A stretch of DNA of 64,000 bases. Origin: Clostridium sp. CAG:557. Its GTDB lineage: Bacteria; Bacillota; Clostridia; Oscillospirales; Acutalibacteraceae. Position 1 is the first letter of the stretch. Every line of letters starts with the position of its first letter. Both the position numbers and the translations under genes were made by a program. Below the pieces are notes generated by a model. The model was not told the origin of the DNA. It made no database searches and saw nothing but the letters and a program-made list of their open reading frames with translations. Positions 58,778 through 64,000 of the stretch are shown here, in pieces. The stretch covers positions 10,665 to 74,664 of the forward strand of contig FR883868.1 of the NCBI GenBank assembly GCA_000435275.1. The letters run 5' to 3'.

Positions 58778-59614
58778 ATGAATAACAAACCTATTGGAGT
58801 TTTTGACTCCGGACTTGGAGGACTGACTGCTGTAAAAGAATTGCTTAAAGTTTTGCCATATGAAAATATTATTTACTTTGGAGACACCGGACGTGTTCCT
58901 TATGGCGATAAAAGCCGCAAAACTATATTAAAATATGCCCTTCAAGACATAGAATTTTTAAAATCTTTGGACGTAAAAATGATTTTGGCAGCCTGCGGTA
59001 CAGTAAGTTCTATACTTGAAGAAAGTAATGTAAATATTGAAATTCCTTTTACTGGCGTAATTACTCCTACTGCAACCGCCGCTGCTAGCGCTACGCGAAA
59101 CAACAAAATCGGTATAATCGGCACAACTGCAACGATAAAAAGCGGCTCTTACAAGCGCGAATTACTTAAAATTAATCCCAGCCTTCAGATATTCGAACAG
59201 GACTGCCCTTTATTTGTTCCGCTGGTTGAGAATGGCTTTATCGAAAAAGACAACAAAGCTACTTTGATTATTGCAGAAAAATACCTGGCAGGGTTGCGAA
59301 ATAAAAAAATTGATACGTTAATTCTTGGCTGCACACATTATCCAATTATCAGCGAGATTATTTCAAAAGTTATCGGCCCAGAAGTAAAACTAATTGATTC
59401 CGGCAGGGAAGCTGCCATATTTGCTGCAAATGCACTTAGTTTTTCTGAAAATTTAACTGAGCGAAAAAATTCCGGTTCTTGCGTATTTTTCGTCAGTGAT
59501 ACTGTTAATAGTTTTTCTAAAAATGCAGGATTATTTTTGCAGCAAAACGTTTCTCAAAAGGTCAAAATGGTCGATATTGAAAAGTATTCCGTGCCTGCCG
59601 AAAGGTTAATCTAA
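58778..59614 (+). CDS. murI: glutamate racemase
   Basis: IGVFDSGLGGLT and the two catalytic Cys regions (AACGT, GCTHYP). Confidence 0.93.
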   Translation: MNNKPIGVFDSGLGGLTAVKELLKVLPYENIIYFGDTGRVPYGDKSRKTILKYALQDIEFLKSLDVKMILAACGTVSSILEESNVNIEIPFTGVITPTATAAASATRNNKIGIIGTTATIKSGSYKRELLKINPSLQIFEQDCPLFVPLVENGFIEKDNKATLIIAEKYLAGLRNKKIDTLILGCTHYPIISEIISKVIGPEVKLIDSGREAAIFAANALSFSENLTERKNSGSCVFFVSDTVNSFSKNAGLFLQQNVSQKVKMVDIEKYSVPAERLI

Positions 59615-59616
59615 CG

Positions 59617-60042
59617 GTGAATAAAATGTATTCTATAACCATTTTTAGCTCGCAAACTGTCGACGGACAAACTTGTAAATCTAAAATTACTGTGCCGTGC
59701 AAGTTTAATTTTAAAAATAATCTTGCTCTGATTTCCTACGATGAAATTGTCGAAAACAAAAAATTCTCTTCAAATGTTCAAATCTATGGCACAGGTAAAA
59801 TAACTATTTCTCGGAAAGGAACTCAATCATATAAATTTCTTTTTGAGAAAAATAAACGGCATATTTGCACTTACTTTACAGAGTTTGGAAATATTAAAAT
59901 TGGTGTTTTTACTCACGAAGTCAGTTGCTGTTTCGAAAAAAATTCCTGTAAAATCGTATTAATTTATTCACTCGACACAAATAATACACATTTAAGCAAA
60001 AATAAGGTCATTATCAATGTTAAGGAGGATAACTATGTCTAA
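59617..60042 (+). CDS. DUF1934 (YwiB-like beta-barrel) protein
   Basis: ~140 aa. A gene of this family characteristically lies immediately upstream of argS in Firmicutes. Overlaps the argS start. Confidence 0.7.
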   Translation: MNKMYSITIFSSQTVDGQTCKSKITVPCKFNFKNNLALISYDEIVENKKFSSNVQIYGTGKITISRKGTQSYKFLFEKNKRHICTYFTEFGNIKIGVFTHEVSCCFEKNSCKIVLIYSLDTNNTHLSKNKVIINVKEDNYV

Positions 60043-61732
60043 AATCGTATTAAAAACCATTGACGACCTAAAGGAAATGCTTCATAGCGCCATTATGTAT
60101 GCTATTAAAAAAGAGGACTTGCCTCGTATTAATGAAAATATAAAGGTAAATATTGAAGTTCCTGCAGACCACAAAAACGGCGATTTTTCTTCTAATGTCG
60201 CTATGGTGTATGCTAAAAATTTTAAAATGGCTCCACTTCAAATCGCAAAAATTATATGCAATAATTTGAGTCTAGACCACACTATGTTCGAACGTTTTGA
60301 AATTGCAGGTCCTGGATTTATCAATTTTTTCTTATCGAAAGAGTTTTTTGCTTCGATTATAAATGATATTTTGTTACTTAAAGAAAATTATGGTCGTTCA
60401 GACTTTGGTCAAAATAAAAAAGTTATGGTAGAATTTGTGTCTGCAAATCCTACAGGCCCAATGCACATGGGAAATGCTCGCGGTGGAGCTTTGGGGGATT
60501 GTCTGGCAGCTGTCCTCGATGTTGCCGGTTACAATGTAAAAAGAGAATTTTACATCAACGACGCAGGCAATCAGATAGATAAATTTGGCGTTTCACTTGA
60601 AACCAGATATCTACAAATTTTTGACGGCGAAGAAAATCATACTTTGCCTGAAGATAGCTATCACGGCGAGGATATAAAAGATTTGGCACAAGAATTCGCA
60701 CTTATAAACGGCGATACTTACTTAAGTGTCGACTCAGAAATTAGAAAAAAAGCGTTAATTGACTTCTCTTTACCTAAAAATATAAATAAAATGAAGTCAG
60801 ATTTAGAAAAATATAGAATAACTTTTGACAGGTGGTTTCACGAAATAGATTTGCATAACGACGGCGAAATATATGAAACTATCGAAATTTTGAAAAACAA
60901 CGGCATGACTTATGAGTTAGACGGTGCATTATGGTATAAAGCAACCGATTTTGGTGCCGAAAAAGATGAAGTTTTAGTGCGTAAAAATGGTAATCCAACT
61001 TACTTTGCCGCCGATATTGCTTATCACAGGAATAAATTCGTAAAGCGCGGATTTGACATCTGTATCGATATCTGGGGCGCAGACCATCACGGTCACGTCG
61101 CCAGAATGAAAGGCGCTATGAATGCCATCGGGCTCGATGAAAACAAGCTTGACGTTATTTTAATGCAGCTAGTTAAACTCGTTAAAGACGGCCAAATTGT
61201 GCGCATGAGTAAGCGAACCGGCAAGGCTATTCAGCTTTCCGACTTGCTGGATGAAGTTTCCGTAGACGCCGCCAGATTTATTTTTAATATGCGTGAAGCC
61301 AACTCTCAGATGGACTTTGACCTTGACCTCGCTGTTAAAGAAGATGCGCAAAATCCGGTTTATTACGTTCAATATGCTCATGCCAGAATTTGCAGCATTT
61401 TAAAAGCGCTTGAAAAAGAAAATATTAATCCAAAAGCTTGTTCCGCTGAAGAATTATTTTTGCTGCGCGAGCCGGAGGAAAAAGAGTTGATTCGACATCT
61501 TTCTATGTACACCAGCGAAATAATCGAGGCTGCCAAAACTTATGACCCTGCTAGAATCACTCGCTATGTTATTACTTTGGCAACGTTATTTCACAAGTTT
61601 TACAATTCTTGTCGAGTTAAATGCAGTGACGAACACCTTATGTTCGCTCGAATTAATCTTTGTCTGTGTGTGAAAATTGTCATTAGCAATATTTTAAATA
61701 TGTTTAAAATTAATGTTCCAGAAAACATGTAA
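60035..61732 (+). CDS. argS: arginyl-tRNA synthetase
   Basis: Class I motifs: HIGH-like (ANPTGPMHMGNARG), KMSK variant (MSKRTG) and a DALR anticodon-binding domain. ATG 60035 follows AGGAGG. Confidence 0.93.
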   Translation: MSKIVLKTIDDLKEMLHSAIMYAIKKEDLPRINENIKVNIEVPADHKNGDFSSNVAMVYAKNFKMAPLQIAKIICNNLSLDHTMFERFEIAGPGFINFFLSKEFFASIINDILLLKENYGRSDFGQNKKVMVEFVSANPTGPMHMGNARGGALGDCLAAVLDVAGYNVKREFYINDAGNQIDKFGVSLETRYLQIFDGEENHTLPEDSYHGEDIKDLAQEFALINGDTYLSVDSEIRKKALIDFSLPKNINKMKSDLEKYRITFDRWFHEIDLHNDGEIYETIEILKNNGMTYELDGALWYKATDFGAEKDEVLVRKNGNPTYFAADIAYHRNKFVKRGFDICIDIWGADHHGHVARMKGAMNAIGLDENKLDVILMQLVKLVKDGQIVRMSKRTGKAIQLSDLLDEVSVDAARFIFNMREANSQMDFDLDLAVKEDAQNPVYYVQYAHARICSILKALEKENINPKACSAEELFLLREPEEKELIRHLSMYTSEIIEAAKTYDPARITRYVITLATLFHKFYNSCRVKCSDEHLMFARINLCLCVKIVISNILNMFKINVPENM

Positions 61733-61741
61733 AATTCTAAA

Positions 61742-61773
61742 AAGCCTCTTAAAAATTTAAGAGGCTTTTTTTA
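61742..61773 (+). terminator. rho-independent terminator after argS
   Basis: Stem AAGCCTCTT/AAGAGGCTT followed by TTTTTTT. Confidence 0.75.
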
Positions 61774-61831
61774 TGAAAATTATAATTATAATTTTAAGCA
61801 AAACACATTAAAAAATTTTTTTGCGTACTTT

Positions 61832-62299
61832 TTAAACTGTTTTTATGTCTATACCATATTTATTTAACCAAAAATCAAGTTGAATTATATATGCCATAAT
61901 CTGTGCTGCTCCCATCAGCTGCCCATACCATGGTGAAGATATCTCCTCTGGATGTTTCATAACTTCATGCACACCATCATGGTTTAAAATTTGACTCAAT
62001 AACGAGCTTTCATTTTTTAAAATTTCATTAACTTTTTTACTAACTAATTTCATATAAACCGGATTATGCGTCTTGGGATATGGACTCTTTTTTCTAAATA
62101 CAATTTGATTTGGTAAAATTCCTTTCATCGCTTCCCTCAAAATTCCTTTTTCTCTCCCTTGATAATTCTTTATTTCCCATGGCATATTGTAAGCATATTC
62201 AACTATTCTATAGTCGCAAAACGGCACTCTGACTTCCAAACCGTTATACATGCTCATTCTATCTTTTCTGTCAAGCAAAAACACAAAAGAAAAATATGC
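61832..62299 (-). pseudogene. asnB: 3'-terminal fragment of a glutamine-hydrolysing asparagine synthetase (AsnB/AsnO family), truncated by an integrated element
   Basis: 150-155 codons matching only the C-terminal Asn_synthase region (LLDRKDRMSMYNGLEVRVPFCD...LPNQIVFRKK). The N-terminal ~400 aa, including the glutamine amidotransferase domain, are absent. The reading frame is open up to the recombinase stop codon at 62300-62302. Confidence 0.75.
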
Positions 62300-63802
62300 T
62301 TATTTGTAGACGATATCTAACCTATCATCGTATATAAGAACCTTTTTGATAAAGGTATTTGCAATTAATTTTTTATCATCAAAAGATAAGTTATCCCAAT
62401 CGGTCAAGGTTGCTCGTATAACATCGTTAGATATATCTTCAGAATTTTTATTTTTAATTATATTAAGTTGACCTTGTATTGTATTTCGCTGTTGTTCTAA
62501 TTGTTCAACTTTTTCATTAATATATTTCATGACGTTCTCATTAGCCATAGAAATTTTATTAATTAAATTTTCTATTTCATCCTGAACTTTTTTTAACTGA
62601 ATTTTCAATTTGTTTTTTTCTTTTTCAAATTTCATGTTCCTTTCTATTTTTGTAAATTCAAAATTTTCGATATAGCGAATTAAATCATGTTTGACACTTG
62701 TCTCTATATCATCAAATGTGATTGTTTTTTTTCGTTCAAAACAAACCTTACTTTTCCTTCCTCCACAATTAATATAGCGTTTTCCATTTATTTGACCATT
62801 TACAACTGATACACCTAAACCACAATATCCACACTTTGTTAAACCAGTTAGCCATGTATGTGAACCTTTACCGCTGTTGCTGATTGGTTTATTTTTATCT
62901 AGCTCATATTGTACTTCAAGCCATAAATCAGCATCTATAAATCCTTCATGCAGGTTCATTTGGACAATTTCACCGTCATATGTTGAAAATTTGGCTTTGG
63001 TTTTTCCTTCTCGTTTTGAATACACAGTGCACCCATATAAACCCACAAAATCATCTATAGATTGGTTAATTTTAGCTCCTCTACTTTCAAGATATGTGTA
63101 AACATCAGCATTTGCACGAACATAAACAGGATTTCTTAAAATACGTCTTACAGATACGTTTTGAAAATTTTTGTCTCTGTTTGTTTTGTATCCCTTTTTA
63201 TTAAGCTGTTTAACAATGTCGCCTAAACTTTTAATCTTAGCATATTCTTCATACATAAACTTGACAATTTCACTTTGGCATAAGTCAGCTTCAAGAATAT
63301 GAGTATTGATATTGTCAATGATTCTAGGCACTTTTTTATAACCAAACGGTGCAACTCCTGCAAGAAATAAACCCTTTTTCCCACGTTCATAAAAATTATC
63401 TGTAACTCGTTTTTTTATCATGTTTCTTTCAAGCTCTGCAAAAACCATAATTATTTGTAAAGTAGCTTTTCCCATTGCTGTACTTGTATCAAACTGTTCG
63501 CTGCATGATTCAAATTCAACACTATGCTTTTCAAAGTCGCTATAAATGTCAATAAAGTCTTTCAATGATCTACTTATTCTATCTACTTTATAAACAATAA
63601 CTTTTGCAATATTTCCTTTTTCAATATCTTTTAGTAATCTAACAAAACCCGGTCTTTTAGTATTTGCTCCTGAATATCCTTTGTCTTTATAAACTTTAAA
63701 ATCAGTATTTTTAAAAAGTCGTTTTTTGCAGCACTCCTCTTGCTGTTCAATACTTATACTATCCTTTTTGTCTATTGATTGTCTGCAATAAATAGCTATC
63801 AT
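62300..63802 (-). CDS. large serine recombinase (resolvase/invertase-type catalytic domain + recombinase domain + zinc ribbon + coiled coil)
   Basis: N-terminal catalytic serine context (IYCRQSIDKKDSIS; RISR). Recombinase domain. CxxC...CxxC zinc ribbon (CGYCG...CGGRKSKVC). Coiled-coil C-terminus. 500 aa. Confidence 0.9.
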   Translation of the reverse strand: MIAIYCRQSIDKKDSISIEQQEECCKKRLFKNTDFKVYKDKGYSGANTKRPGFVRLLKDIEKGNIAKVIVYKVDRISRSLKDFIDIYSDFEKHSVEFESCSEQFDTSTAMGKATLQIIMVFAELERNMIKKRVTDNFYERGKKGLFLAGVAPFGYKKVPRIIDNINTHILEADLCQSEIVKFMYEEYAKIKSLGDIVKQLNKKGYKTNRDKNFQNVSVRRILRNPVYVRANADVYTYLESRGAKINQSIDDFVGLYGCTVYSKREGKTKAKFSTYDGEIVQMNLHEGFIDADLWLEVQYELDKNKPISNSGKGSHTWLTGLTKCGYCGLGVSVVNGQINGKRYINCGGRKSKVCFERKKTITFDDIETSVKHDLIRYIENFEFTKIERNMKFEKEKNKLKIQLKKVQDEIENLINKISMANENVMKYINEKVEQLEQQRNTIQGQLNIIKNKNSEDISNDVIRATLTDWDNLSFDDKKLIANTFIKKVLIYDDRLDIVYK

Positions 63803-63879
63803 TTTAAGTACACATCCTTTTTCTTTGATACATTATATTATATCACATCTGAATGCAAACACCAATATTACCTTGTCAT

Positions 63880-64000
63880 TTTTTTATATTTTCATAGATT
63901 TTTAAACAAGATTTTGTTATTGACTCTTGTATTGAGCGTTTTGTGTCTTCACTATTATAATACGGCACATAACTTCTAACTTTAAATCCTAATTTGCCTA
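63880..64000 (-). CDS. partial ORF (C-terminus only) of an element-encoded protein of unknown function
   Basis: Open frame from the window edge ending ...GKLGFKVRSYVPYYNSEDTKRSIQESITKSCLKIYENIKK*. The 5' part lies outside the window. Confidence 0.3.

Larger units (their letters stand above)
62285..64000 (-). mobile_element. edge of an integrated element (prophage/ICE/sporulation-type intervening element) inserted in asnB; continues beyond the window
   Basis: The recombinase gene abuts the truncated asnB in frame. An upstream partial ORF continues off the window. The gene is split rather than the element being intergenic. Confidence 0.6.

Noticed and set aside
1-64000. CRISPR arrays, rRNA or tRNA genes
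   Set aside because: No regularly spaced direct repeats, no rRNA-like conserved blocks, and no tRNA-like GTTCxAxTC T-arm motifs in any of the >100-nt intergenic regions examined.

Overview
This is an AT-rich, low-GC Firmicutes (Clostridia-like, apparently spore-forming) chromosomal segment. It is densely packed with housekeeping genes in conserved local syntenies.

The main blocks, in order:
- alaS, then a divergent remA-gmk-rpoZ-priA-def-fmt-(Zn peptidase)-rlmN-stp-prkC block.
- hpf and an amidohydrolase.
- A sporulation/division cluster on the minus strand: hup, yabO, yabP, yabQ, divIC, yabR, a SpoVB-like flippase and a lipoprotein.
- pfkA and dnaE.
- A zur-znuACB zinc-uptake operon.
- fakA(yloV)-recG, folD, fbp (class 3), a CyuA-like desulfidase, queH, a solitary spoVAC, and GTP-type PEPCK.
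- tsaD-rimI preceded by an LMW-PTP, then polA, dusB, degV, metG, tatD and an AGCS symporter.
- rplA, rplK, nusG, secE and rpmG (rpmG is missing from the ORF track).
- ddl, murI, a DUF1934 gene and argS.

No rRNA, tRNA or CRISPR was found.

The most notable non-core features:
- The window's 3' end carries a truncated asparagine-synthetase gene (only the C-terminal ~150 aa). It abuts, in frame, the stop codon of a large serine recombinase gene. This looks like the edge of an integrated, gene-splitting element that runs off the window.
- A solitary MazF/PemK toxin has no adjacent antitoxin. It sits next to a 505-aa secreted protein of unknown function that has a GC-rich Q/G/P repeat tail.
- Two ~115-125 nt GC-rich intergenic elements share terminal inverted repeats (GGGCACCGC ... 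GCGGTGCCC). They are inserted inside the def-fmt and rimI-tsaD operons.
- A heavily structured ~185-nt leader lies between a strong sigma-A promoter and remA.
- Two unrelated terminators carry an identical 10-nt loop (GCGATATAGT).
- A 277-aa unknown protein occupies the slot usually held by sigH upstream of rpmG-secE-nusG.
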